The notes: a model not told the origin generated them from the sequence alone. Counted from the stretch's first letter, positions 31,006 to 40,646 are shown. The stretch: 64,000 bases of DNA from Pseudomonadota bacterium (GCA_021848825.1 JAJZTQ010000002.1:5129-69128), one strand, 5' to 3'. A program made the numbers and translations.

Positions 31006-32571
31006 ATGTTTCGAAAATTGCATGTTTTCGCAGCCCTGTTCGCCGTTTTCTCAACCGCCGCCAATGCCGCGGCCTTTGCCCCGATCGTGCCGGTCAACCC
31101 GGACAACACCTTCCAGGTGGTCGATGTCCAGGCTATCGTCAAGGCGCTTCCCCCGGGGCAGCGCTGGATCACCCATGTCAAGGAAGACCTGCTGAAATTC
31201 TGGGGCATGCCGACTGCGCTTGGCAATCCGCTGGGCGACTTTCCCACCTACCGCTGCGACGACGGAAGCCTCTACGACAAGTCCCATCCCTGTCCGGAGC
31301 TCGAGCATGCCGATCCGGGCATCGTCAAGCTGGACCGCGACTACACCCGCGCAAAGAGCCGCCAGGTCTATGGCTACGGCGTCGCCTACCAGCTGACGGG
31401 CGAAGAGAAGTATCTGCGCTATGCCGTGGCCGGCGCAGACTGGCTGATGAAGCACGCCCTCGACGCCAACGGGGCGGCGAGTTGGTTCAAGGACGGCAAG
31501 CCGCAGCCGCCCGACCTGCAGCGCACCAGCCAGGACATGGCCTATGCGGTCTCGGGCATCGCCTTCCTTTACTACCTCACCCATGACGAACGCTATCTGA
31601 ATGCAGTGATCGCGCTCAAGAGCCACATCTTCAACACCTACTTCGACCCCCAGTGGGGCCTGCTGCGCTGGGTGATGGCGCCGGATCAGGACGGCGACAA
31701 GCCCGATCAGAAAGAGCTGGTTTCCCAGCTCGACCAGGTTTACGGCTACCTCCTCTGGACCACCATGGCGCTGCCCAAGGGAAAGCTCAAGCGTCAATGG
31801 ACGAAGGATCTGCATCATCTCGCGGCAGCCATGCGAGACCAGTTCTTCGGCGAAACATACGGCCTCTACTGGGGGGCGATCACGGACATGGAGCACCGCA
31901 ATCTCGCCAACTACAAGGGAGAGGAAAGTCCGCATACCGACTTCGGTCACTCCATCAAGACCCTGTGGCTCACCTATCGCATCGGCATGCTGACCGATGA
32001 CATGTCCCTGGTCAACTTTGCGCGCCCGAACATGTACACTATCCTCGACCGCGCCTACATTCCGAAGACGGGCTCCTGGGCTCGGGGCTTCAAGCCTGTC
32101 GGAGACGGGAGCGGGCGCTGGACGCTGGATCCAGACAAGGAATGGTGGAGCCTGGCGGAGCTCGACCAGGCCGCCGCTACGCTGGCACTGGTGGACCCGG
32201 TCTTCGCCCGGGTTCTTCCGCACACCTATGACTACTGGTTCAGGTACATGGTGGACCACAAGCACGGCGATGTATGGCACATGGTGCGCGCAAAGGACAA
32301 CAAGCCCGATCTCTCCTTTCCCAAGCAGCATTCCTGGAAGAACGCCTTCCACGTTTTCGAGCATGCCCTGGTCGGCTATGTCACGGCCCAGCAGCTTCAC
32401 GACCAGCCGATCACCCTGCATTACGCCTTCAAGGGCAGCGTGGCGGATGACACCATCCATCCCTACCTCTATTTCGGCGAGGTCGTGAAGCGACAGACGC
32501 TTGGGCATTTCAGCGATCCCGCGCTGAAAAACTATACCCCTAGCGAAGTCACCTTCAATTCTCTTCACTGA
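31006..32571 (+). CDS. AGE (N-acylglucosamine 2-epimerase/cellobiose 2-epimerase) superfamily protein with signal peptide
   Basis: GAGGAGG RBS; signal peptide MFRKLHVFAALFAVFSTAANA; SRQVYGY, TG..KYL..A..G, DFGHSIK, KEWWSLAE, D..HG.W, WKNAFH. Confidence 0.78.
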   Translation: MFRKLHVFAALFAVFSTAANAAAFAPIVPVNPDNTFQVVDVQAIVKALPPGQRWITHVKEDLLKFWGMPTALGNPLGDFPTYRCDDGSLYDKSHPCPELEHADPGIVKLDRDYTRAKSRQVYGYGVAYQLTGEEKYLRYAVAGADWLMKHALDANGAASWFKDGKPQPPDLQRTSQDMAYAVSGIAFLYYLTHDERYLNAVIALKSHIFNTYFDPQWGLLRWVMAPDQDGDKPDQKELVSQLDQVYGYLLWTTMALPKGKLKRQWTKDLHHLAAAMRDQFFGETYGLYWGAITDMEHRNLANYKGEESPHTDFGHSIKTLWLTYRIGMLTDDMSLVNFARPNMYTILDRAYIPKTGSWARGFKPVGDGSGRWTLDPDKEWWSLAELDQAAATLALVDPVFARVLPHTYDYWFRYMVDHKHGDVWHMVRAKDNKPDLSFPKQHSWKNAFHVFEHALVGYVTAQQLHDQPITLHYAFKGSVADDTIHPYLYFGEVVKRQTLGHFSDPALKNYTPSEVTFNSLH

Positions 32572-32583
32572 AGAGCACAGATC

Positions 32584-33966
32584 GTGAAAAAATTGTTCCT
32601 GACCTTTCTGCTGCTCTTCCTGAGTGCCCCTGCCTGGGGGCAGCCGCTTGAGCGCCCTGCGGCCATGGCCCCGCTGGTTGTCAGCGACTGGTCTTCCTTC
32701 GAGGACCTGCTTCGTCATGCGAAGTCTGTCGGCATCACAGCGATCAGCACCGATGTCTGGTGGGGCAAGGTGGAGGGGGCAGGGGAGCAGAAATTCGACT
32801 GGCGCTACTACGACGAGGTGAGCCGCGCCATCATGAATGCTGGGCTGAAATGGGTGCCGATCATGTCATTCCACCAGTGCGGCGGCAATGTCGGCGACGA
32901 TTGCGACATCCCCATTCCCGCCTGGATCTGGTGCCGGCTCGACTGCAAGGATCCGGACAGGCTGAAGTACAGGAGCGAAAACGGAAACGAGTCGAGCGAG
33001 GTGATCGCGCTCTGGGCGGACGATCTGGCGCGCAAAGAGTATATGGAATTCATCACCGCTTTTCGCGACCACTTCCGAAATCTGGCGGGAGAGATCGCGG
33101 AAATCAATATCGGCACAGGCCCGAGCGGGGAGCTGCGCTATCCTTCCTACAACAACCATGACCACTGGACCTACCCGGGCCGCGGTTTCCTCCAGGCATA
33201 CAGCGAACCGGCAAAGGATGATTTCCGCCGCTTCGTGCGCGACAAATACCAGACGCTGGAGCGGGTCAACCAGGCATGGCACACGAGTCTTACGGACTGG
33301 AGCGAGGTGCTTCCTCCCTCCAATGCCGACGGATTTTTCAGCAGGCAGGATGATCTGAAAATCCAGTACGGCAAGGACTTCACCGACTGGTACAACGGCG
33401 CGCTGGTGAAGCATGGCCGCTTCATGATCAATCTCGCCCGGGAGGCTCTCGGAGACGCTTTCAAGGGCGTCCCGATCGGCATCAAGATTCCGGGCGTACA
33501 CTGGCAGATGAATTCCCCTGCCATGCCCCGCGCTGCCGAAGTGACCGCTGGCCTCATCCCCACAAGCATCGATATCGCGAGCGAAGAAACGGCGCACGGC
33601 TACGCCCCCATCCTCGACATGGTGAAGCAGGCATCGAGCCATGGTCACCCGCTTGTCCTGCATTTCACCTGCCTCGAGATGGACGACCAGCCGAATGCGC
33701 CGGACTATTCCCTGGCGAAGGACCTGGTTTTCTGGATAGCAAAGGGCGCACAGCGGACAGGCGTCACGGTCATGGGTGAAAACGCCCTGAGCAGCGGGGT
33801 CACAAGCGACCATGGCTGGGACAACATCGACAACGCCATCCGCTGGAGCAGCTACGTCGGCTTCACCGCCTTGCGCCTGAAGGATCTCACTGCCAACGAT
33901 GACCTCGGCTTCCAGCGCTACAGGCGCCTGATCGACGAATTCAAACCGCAAGGAGCAATGCCATGA
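32584..33966 (+). CDS. Beta-amylase, glycoside hydrolase family 14, with signal peptide
   Basis: MAPL, DVWWGKVE, MSFHQCGGNVGDDC, GPSGELRYPSY (acid Glu), KIPGVHW, FTCLEM, GENAL (base Glu). Confidence 0.93.
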   Translation: MKKLFLTFLLLFLSAPAWGQPLERPAAMAPLVVSDWSSFEDLLRHAKSVGITAISTDVWWGKVEGAGEQKFDWRYYDEVSRAIMNAGLKWVPIMSFHQCGGNVGDDCDIPIPAWIWCRLDCKDPDRLKYRSENGNESSEVIALWADDLARKEYMEFITAFRDHFRNLAGEIAEINIGTGPSGELRYPSYNNHDHWTYPGRGFLQAYSEPAKDDFRRFVRDKYQTLERVNQAWHTSLTDWSEVLPPSNADGFFSRQDDLKIQYGKDFTDWYNGALVKHGRFMINLAREALGDAFKGVPIGIKIPGVHWQMNSPAMPRAAEVTAGLIPTSIDIASEETAHGYAPILDMVKQASSHGHPLVLHFTCLEMDDQPNAPDYSLAKDLVFWIAKGAQRTGVTVMGENALSSGVTSDHGWDNIDNAIRWSSYVGFTALRLKDLTANDDLGFQRYRRLIDEFKPQGAMP

Positions 33967-34598
33967 ACCAATCGTTGAAGGGAAAAAGGGTCGCCCTGCT
34001 GCTCGAGACCGAATACATCTTCGATGAGCTGCTCTATTACAGGCAGCAGGTGGAGATGATGGGCGGCGAGCTGGATCTGCTCACCTGCCTCTGGGGCGAG
34101 CCGAGCAAGATCTTCGTCAACGACTGCGACGCCTGGGACCGGCCGATTACCAGCATGCATGCCATCACTGTAGACAAGTGCGTCACCCAGGTGCGTGCCG
34201 ACGAGTACGACATCGTGCTCTGCGCCGCCAACTATGTCGCCGTGCGCCTGCGGGAGATCCCGCCCATGGGGAGCTTGGGGTCGCCCTCCGAGGTCAACGC
34301 AGCGCCAGCGGTGAAGTTCTTCGCCGATGCCATGAGGAATCCGGGCATCGTCAAGGGCGCGCTCTGCCACGCCCTCTGGATCCTCACCCCCAACCCCCAT
34401 CTGCTCAAGGGGCGCCGCGTCATCTGCCACACCGTGGTGCTGGCCGACGTCATCAATGCAGGCGCCGTCTTCGTCCCGGCAGAAAGCCATGTGGTGGTCG
34501 ACCGGGACCTGGTCACCGGCCGGTCTTTTGCCGACGTCGAGGCCTACTGGAAGGCGATCGTGGAGACGGCTGCAAGGATAAACGGGAGTTCGGCGTGA
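33963..34598 (+). CDS. DJ-1/PfpI family protein
   Basis: LKGKRVALLLETEYIFDE (conserved Glu), GALCHA nucleophile elbow, LLKGRRV, VVVDRDLVTGRS; ATGA-coupled to the amylase. Confidence 0.85.
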   Translation: MNQSLKGKRVALLLETEYIFDELLYYRQQVEMMGGELDLLTCLWGEPSKIFVNDCDAWDRPITSMHAITVDKCVTQVRADEYDIVLCAANYVAVRLREIPPMGSLGSPSEVNAAPAVKFFADAMRNPGIVKGALCHALWILTPNPHLLKGRRVICHTVVLADVINAGAVFVPAESHVVVDRDLVTGRSFADVEAYWKAIVETAARINGSSA

Positions 34599-34603
34599 CG
34601 AGG

Positions 34604-35485
34604 CTAAAGCTGACGCGCCTGATCGACAAAAGCCTTCAGGTAATCGACATCGACGTCCGCTACGCGCGCCCCCAGGAAGATCTGCTTGGCGATACCGCAT
34701 CGTCCCAGACGAACCGGAACGACATCCATTTTGCCTAGATATTCTTCGGCCAGCCAGCGAGGCAAGGCGGCGACCCCTCTTCCGCTGGCCACCATTTGCA
34801 GCATGATTTCGGTCGTTTCGATGACCTTGTGGCGCCTCGGGCTGATGCCTGCAGGCATCAGGAACCGATTGTAGATATCGAGGCGTTCAATCTCGACCGG
34901 ATAGGTGATCAGCACTTCTTCGGCGAGCTGTTCAGGTTCCACATAAGGGGCTTGAGCCAATGGATGCTCGCGAGAGGTCACCAGGACCTGCTCGTAGTCG
35001 AACACCGGCTCGAAGTGCAAACCGGGCTTGTACAGGGGGTCCGGCGTCACCAGAAGATCGATCTCGTAGGCGAACAGCGCACCTATGCCCCCGAACTGGA
35101 ATTTCTGCTTGACGTCGACATCCACGTCGGGCCAGCGGGCAAGGTAAGGCGAAACCACCTTGAGCAGCCACTGGTAGCAGGGATGGCATTCCATGCCGAT
35201 GCAGAGCGTGCCGCGCTCCCCTTTCGCATACTGCTTCAGGCGTTCTTCGGCCCTTTCCATCTGGGGCAGCAGCCGCTCGGCGAGCGCAAGCAGGTATTTT
35301 CCTGCCTGGGTCAATCTGAGCCTTCTCCCTTCGCGCAGCCAGATATCCGTGCCCATCTTCTGCTCGAGCTTTCTCATCGCATGGCTCAAGGCAGACTGCG
35401 TGAGGCACAGGACATCGGCTGCTGCAGTCAGCGAGCCCTGTTTTTCGACTTCCCTGACAATGGAAAGATGGATCTTCTCGAGCAT
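34604..35485 (-). CDS. metR: LysR-family methionine regulator
   Basis: GSLTAAA..LCLTQSALSH HTH and ECHPCYQWL; divergent from metE. Confidence 0.92.
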   Translation of the reverse strand: MLEKIHLSIVREVEKQGSLTAAADVLCLTQSALSHAMRKLEQKMGTDIWLREGRRLRLTQAGKYLLALAERLLPQMERAEERLKQYAKGERGTLCIGMECHPCYQWLLKVVSPYLARWPDVDVDVKQKFQFGGIGALFAYEIDLLVTPDPLYKPGLHFEPVFDYEQVLVTSREHPLAQAPYVEPEQLAEEVLITYPVEIERLDIYNRFLMPAGISPRRHKVIETTEIMLQMVASGRGVAALPRWLAEEYLGKMDVVPVRLGRCGIAKQIFLGARVADVDVDYLKAFVDQARQL

Positions 35486-35493
35486 GAGATAAA

Positions 35494-35506
35494 TGAAAAA
35501 TATTCA
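35494..35506. promoter_or_regulatory. MetR binding site
   Basis: TGAAAAATATTCA matches the TGAA-N5-TTCA MetR box, in the AT-rich metR-metE spacer. Confidence 0.75.
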
Positions 35507-35588
35507 TTGAACATTGAAATAATACCATTTTATTTCATGAAATAAAAAGCCTACCATGGCTGCATATATCAGGAAACAAGGAAAAAAC

Positions 35589-37901
35589 ATGGTTACAACG
35601 CACAACCTCGGCTTTCCGCGCATGGGCGCGATGCGCGAACTGAAGTTCGCCCTGGAATCCTACTGGAAAGGCCGGTCGTCAAGAGACGAACTGAACGCGC
35701 TCGGGGCGCAGCTTCGCAGCCAGCACTGGCAGGCGCAATCCGGGCTGGATTGGGCGCCAGTTGGCGACTTTGCGTTCTACGACCAGGTGCTGGACATGAG
35801 CTTCACCCTGGGCAACCTGCCCAAGCGCGCCCGCGGCTACCTGGGCGATCCGCTCGACAACAGCTTTCGAGTGGCGCGCGGCCGTTCCGTTCAGGATGGA
35901 GAAGGGCACGGGGCCTGTTGCGGCGGCATGACCGCGGGCGAGATGACGAAGTGGTTCGACACCAACTACCACTACATCGTCCCTGAATTCGAGGCCGATA
36001 CCGAATTCAATCTCGATCCCTCGCGCCTTCTCGATCAGCTCGCCGAAGCCAAGGCTCAGGGTGTGAAGCCCAAGCCCGTCATCATCGGCCCGCTCACCTA
36101 TCTCTGGCTGGGAAAATCGAAGGATGGCAAGGACAGGATCAGTCTGCTCGAGCGTCTGCTTCCCGTCTACTCGGCACTTTTGGAGAAATTGGCCCAGGAG
36201 GGCGTCGAATGGGTGCAGATGGACGAGCCTGTGCTTGTCACCGAGCTCGAACCCGAATGGCGACATGCCTTCAACCTGGCTTATCATCATCTCAAGAGCA
36301 GCAGGATCAAGCTTCTTCTTTCGACCTATTTCGGCGCCCTGCAGGAAAACCTTTATCTTGCCTGCAATCTGCCTGTTGCCGGCATTCATCTCGATGCAAT
36401 CAATGCGGGCGAAGAAATCGGGATGCTGATCGACCTGCTGCCTGCTCACAAGGTGGTCTCTCTGGGCGTCATCAACGGGCGCAACATCTGGAAGAGCGAT
36501 CTCAACGCCACGCTCGACTGGCTCGAGCCGCTCGCGGAGCGGCTGGGGAGTCGGCTCTGGATTGCGCCGTCCTGCTCCCTGCTGCATGTTCCGGTCGATC
36601 TCGAAAGCGAACAGCAACTCGATGCCGAGATCAGATCCTGGCTCGCCTTCGCCGTGCAGAAACTCGAAGAGCTGAACATCCTCGCAACCGCATTGAATCA
36701 TGGCCGGGCGGCGGTTGCCCGGGATTTGGCGGCGAACCAGGCTGCTATCGCAAGCCGCCTTGCTTCGCCGCGAGTCACCAATCCTTTCGTCAAGGCGGCG
36801 ATCGCCGCCATCACGCCTGAACTCGGGCTGCGCAAGAGCCCCTATCCGGTTCGTGCAGACAAGCAGGCCGCCCTGCTCAAGTTGCCGCTCTTTCCGACCA
36901 CCACCATCGGTTCCTTTCCGCAGACTATCGAAATAAGGCAGGCGCGCAGCAGGTTCAAGGCGGGGGAAATCGACGATGCAGCCTATATCGCCGCCATGAA
37001 GGGCGAGATCGAGCGCAGCGTGCGGGAGCAGGAGGCGCTTGGGCTGGACGTCCTGGTTCACGGGGAGGCGGAGCGCAACGACATGGTCGAGTATTTCGGC
37101 GAGCAGCTCGATGGCTACGCCTTCAGCCAGTTCGGCTGGGTGCAGTCCTACGGCTCGCGCTGCGTCAAGCCGCCCATCCTGTATGGCGACATCAGCCGCC
37201 CTGGTGCGATGACGGTCGAATGGATCAGGTATGCCCAGTCGCTGACCGAGAAGCCGATGAAAGGCATGCTGACAGGGCCGGTGACCATCCTCAACTGGTC
37301 TTTCGTGCGCGACGATCAGCCCAGATCGGTTTCCTGCTTTCAGCTAGCACTGGCGATCCGCGAGGAAGTGCGGGATCTGGAGAAGGCGGGCATACGCCTG
37401 ATCCAGATTGACGAGGCTGCATTGCGCGAAGGCCTGCCGCTGCGCAAGTCGCAATGGAAAGCCTATCTCGACTGGGCGGTGGAATCCTTCCGGATCGCCG
37501 CAAACGGCGTGAAGGATGAAACGCAGATCCACACCCACATGTGCTATTCGGAATTCAACGACATTCTCCCGGCCATCGCCGCCATGGATGCCGATGTCAT
37601 CACCATAGAGACTTCGCGTTCCGACATGGAGCTGCTCGACGCCTTCGACGACTTCAGGTATCCGAACGAGATCGGCCCTGGCGTCTACGACATCCACTCG
37701 CCAAACATTCCTACAGAGGAACATATTGTCCACTTGATGAAGAAGGCCGCAGAGCGAATTCCTGCGGAACGTCTTTGGGTGAATCCCGACTGCGGCCTGA
37801 AGACCCGCCAGTGGGCCGAGGTCGTCCCGGCGCTGACCAACATGGTCGCTGCGGCCAAAGCATTGCGTTGCAAATCCGCAGCCCTGACTTCGGCAGATTG
37901 A
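35589..37901 (+). CDS. metE: Cobalamin-independent methionine synthase
   Basis: [66 protein letters not shown]. Confidence 0.97.
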   Translation: MVTTHNLGFPRMGAMRELKFALESYWKGRSSRDELNALGAQLRSQHWQAQSGLDWAPVGDFAFYDQVLDMSFTLGNLPKRARGYLGDPLDNSFRVARGRSVQDGEGHGACCGGMTAGEMTKWFDTNYHYIVPEFEADTEFNLDPSRLLDQLAEAKAQGVKPKPVIIGPLTYLWLGKSKDGKDRISLLERLLPVYSALLEKLAQEGVEWVQMDEPVLVTELEPEWRHAFNLAYHHLKSSRIKLLLSTYFGALQENLYLACNLPVAGIHLDAINAGEEIGMLIDLLPAHKVVSLGVINGRNIWKSDLNATLDWLEPLAERLGSRLWIAPSCSLLHVPVDLESEQQLDAEIRSWLAFAVQKLEELNILATALNHGRAAVARDLAANQAAIASRLASPRVTNPFVKAAIAAITPELGLRKSPYPVRADKQAALLKLPLFPTTTIGSFPQTIEIRQARSRFKAGEIDDAAYIAAMKGEIERSVREQEALGLDVLVHGEAERNDMVEYFGEQLDGYAFSQFGWVQSYGSRCVKPPILYGDISRPGAMTVEWIRYAQSLTEKPMKGMLTGPVTILNWSFVRDDQPRSVSCFQLALAIREEVRDLEKAGIRLIQIDEAALREGLPLRKSQWKAYLDWAVESFRIAANGVKDETQIHTHMCYSEFNDILPAIAAMDADVITIETSRSDMELLDAFDDFRYPNEIGPGVYDIHSPNIPTEEHIVHLMKKAAERIPAERLWVNPDCGLKTRQWAEVVPALTNMVAAAKALRCKSAALTSAD

Positions 37902-37963
37902 CGGGCAGCCTTTCGACGCGGCTTGGCCATGGGCTCTTCTCCTTCGAATGCCGGGGATGCCCT

Positions 37964-38008
37964 GTATCGGACGGGAACACTTTGTTTCAAACTGAAACAC
38001 GGGAAACA
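37964..38008 (+). promoter_or_regulatory. Candidate OmpR/CpxR-family operator array
   Basis: GxxxC hexamers at 10-bp period (GTATCG 37964, GGAACA 37974, GTTTCA 37984, GAAACA 37994, then GAAACA 38003) upstream of a Spy/CpxP-like gene. Confidence 0.4.
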
Positions 38009-38069
38009 TCGAGTGGTTACGAATCGGGCATAGATTTCAATGTACCTGTTTTCATCATGGAGGTGCCAC

Positions 38070-38624
38070 TTGAAATCATTCACCAGACTTGCCTTTTCGA
38101 CGGTTCTTTTTGCCTGTTCAGCGCTGGCTGCAGAAAACGCGATGGCGGATAACGCCGGCGTTCCGCCTCCGCCCGAACACTACCGGGCTTTCGACAGGGT
38201 TCAAATGACCCGGGGCCGCCTCGAGGATCTGAAGGCGAAGCTGAATCTCGGCGAATCCCAGATGCCCGCATGGAATGCATGGTCGGCCGAGGTCGTTTCG
38301 GATGTGAAGGAGCTAGACAAGGAAGCGAACGGCATGCATCGTGACTGGCGGGAAGGACGCCAAAAGGATCTGACCATTCCCGAAAGGATGGAAAGGCAGG
38401 AAGCGCATCTTCGCAGCAGAATCGGCTGGATGCAGAAGCGCCTGGATCTGCTGGAGGCCGGGAGGAAGAATACGGAAACCTTCTACGCAGCGCTCACCAG
38501 AGATCAGAGAACCATATTCGATCTCTTCTGGGAGAAAAACTTCCGCCGCCGTCACGCCATGAGGGATTTCGGCTCGAAACGAAGGGAAATGCCTGAAGAC
38601 AGGGGCCCAGGGGGAAAATCATGA
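38070..38624 (+). CDS. Spy/CpxP-family (LTXXQ motif) periplasmic protein
   Basis: GGAGG RBS with TTG start, signal peptide, LKAKLNL...Q..AW, FYAALTRDQRTIFD. Confidence 0.78.
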   Translation: MKSFTRLAFSTVLFACSALAAENAMADNAGVPPPPEHYRAFDRVQMTRGRLEDLKAKLNLGESQMPAWNAWSAEVVSDVKELDKEANGMHRDWREGRQKDLTIPERMERQEAHLRSRIGWMQKRLDLLEAGRKNTETFYAALTRDQRTIFDLFWEKNFRRRHAMRDFGSKRREMPEDRGPGGKS

Positions 38625-38633
38625 GGGGACGCA

Positions 38634-40598
38634 TCAGCCCTGAAGCAGCCTGATCTCGGCGGCAGCGAGCCCCGTCGGGTTTCCTCTCAGCACGACGACA
38701 TCGCCTTCCTGGAGGACGGTTTCAGGAGAAGGGGAGAGTCCCCTGATGTTCCTTCTCCTGACCGCGGTGATGTCGACTGAGAATCGCCCGAGATCCATCT
38801 CGGCAAGGGATTTCCCTATCGCAGCCGCCCCTTCGGGGATCATGATGCTTCGGAGCCTGAGCTGCAGTGCCTCGCTCTGCTCCTGGTCGGTGATGCCCCT
38901 GAAATAGCCCCTGAATCCGCTGTAGCGCTCTTCGCGCGTGTCCCTGATGCGCTTCAATACCCTGTTCAAAGGCACGCCGAGAAGCAGCAGCGCATGGGAG
39001 GCGAGCATCATGCTGCCTTCCATGATTTCGGCGACCACTTCGGCAGCGCCCGCCTCCCTCAGCGTGTCCATCTCGGAATCGTCGACGGTCCTGACGACGA
39101 CCGGAAGGTCCGGGCGGAGTTCACGCACATGGCTCAGGATGAGAAGGGCCGAGCGCGCATCGGAATAGGCGACGACGAGCGCCTTCACGGTCAGGAGCCC
39201 CGCCGCGAGCAACACTTCCCTCCTGCTCGCGTCGCCAAAGACCACGTTTTCCCCCGCAGCCGAGGCCTCCCGGACGCGCTGGGGATCATGGTCGAGCGCA
39301 ATGAAGGGGATCGATTCCTGTTCGAGAAAGCGCGCCAGCGTCTGGCCGCTTCGCCCGTAGCCGCAGATGATGATCTGGGTATGGATCGCCATGGTCTGGA
39401 CGGCGATGGTGTGGAGCTGCAGTGCCCGGTGCATCCACTCCCCCGCGGAATAGCGCCTCACCACCTGGTCCGATCGGTCGATCAGGAAAGGGGCTGCGAG
39501 CATGGAAATCAGCATGGCTGCGAGCACGATCTGCAAGACCGACTGGTCGACGAGTTGCAGTCCGGATGCCTGGGCAAGCAGGACGAAGCCGAATTCGCCT
39601 GCCTGGGCGAGATGGAGGCCGGTGCGCAATGCCACGCCCCAGTCCCGGTCGAAAAGATAGCTGAGCCCAGACACGAGGGCGAGCTTGATCGAGAAGAGCG
39701 CAGCGAGAACGAGCAGGATCCATGGAAGTTCGGCCCAGACCAGCCTCAGATCGAGCAGCATACCTATCGTGATGAAGAAGAGGCCGAGCAGGACATCCCT
39801 GAACGGCTTGATGTCGTCCTCGACCTGGTAGCGGTATTCCGTCTCCGAAATCAGCATGCCTGCAAGGAAGGCGCCCAGCGCGAGGGAAAGTCCTGCGGTA
39901 TTGGTGAGAAAGGAAAGGCCGAGCGTGATGAGAAGCATGTTGAGCATGAAGAGCTCGGAGGATTTCTGCCTGGCGACGAGATGGAACCAGGGGCGCATCA
40001 GCTTCTGTCCGACAAAGAGCAGGATGCCGAGGACGAGCGCCGCCTTCAGCAATGCCTTGCCCAACTCCAGCGTAAGGCTGCCTGAGGGATGGGATAGCGC
40101 CGGGATGATGATGAGCAGTGGCACCACGGCGAGATCCTGGAAGAGCAGGATGCCGAATACTTTCCTGCCGTGGGCAGAGTGGAGTTCCTGCCGCTCCGCC
40201 ATCAGCTTGCTGACGATCGCGGTGGAGGACATCGACAATGCGCCGCCGAGCGCAAGACCGATGCGCCAGTCCATGCCGAGAAACAGGCAGAAGGCGAGGG
40301 TGATTAGGATGGCGAGGATGACCTGGGCCGAACCCAGGCCGAAGACGGTGCTCCTCATCGTCAGGAGCTTGGGCAGGCTGAATTCGAGGCCGATGCTGAA
40401 CATCAGGAAAACGATGCCGAATTCCGCAAGATAGCGGGTTTCTTCGGTGTCGGGGATCAGTCCCAGCGCATGCGGGCCCGCCAGAATCCCGACCAGCAGA
40501 TAGGCCAGCATCTGCGGAAGACGAAGGATGCGGAAAATCGCCACGACCAGCACGGAGGACGCGAGCAGGACGATGATCAGAGAAAGGGTGTCGTGCAT
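38634..40598 (-). CDS. CPA2 monovalent cation:proton antiporter (KefB/KefC/YbaL family) with TrkA-N and TrkA-C domains
   Basis: Starts MHDTLSLII; EFGIVFLMFSIGLE, SSTAIV, LLFQD, GAFLAG, ICGYGRSG, VFGDAS. Confidence 0.9.
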   Translation of the reverse strand: MHDTLSLIIVLLASSVLVVAIFRILRLPQMLAYLLVGILAGPHALGLIPDTEETRYLAEFGIVFLMFSIGLEFSLPKLLTMRSTVFGLGSAQVILAILITLAFCLFLGMDWRIGLALGGALSMSSTAIVSKLMAERQELHSAHGRKVFGILLFQDLAVVPLLIIIPALSHPSGSLTLELGKALLKAALVLGILLFVGQKLMRPWFHLVARQKSSELFMLNMLLITLGLSFLTNTAGLSLALGAFLAGMLISETEYRYQVEDDIKPFRDVLLGLFFITIGMLLDLRLVWAELPWILLVLAALFSIKLALVSGLSYLFDRDWGVALRTGLHLAQAGEFGFVLLAQASGLQLVDQSVLQIVLAAMLISMLAAPFLIDRSDQVVRRYSAGEWMHRALQLHTIAVQTMAIHTQIIICGYGRSGQTLARFLEQESIPFIALDHDPQRVREASAAGENVVFGDASRREVLLAAGLLTVKALVVAYSDARSALLILSHVRELRPDLPVVVRTVDDSEMDTLREAGAAEVVAEIMEGSMMLASHALLLLGVPLNRVLKRIRDTREERYSGFRGYFRGITDQEQSEALQLRLRSIMIPEGAAAIGKSLAEMDLGRFSVDITAVRRRNIRGLSPSPETVLQEGDVVVLRGNPTGLAAAEIRLLQG

Positions 40599-40646
40599 AA
40601 AATCTCCTATACCGAATGATGGCGGATAGGCTGCAAAAAATACAGG

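Noticed and set aside
31051..33951. 555-aa and 361-aa minus-strand ORFs
   Set aside because: Antisense to the AGE epimerase and beta-amylase; explained by codon bias.
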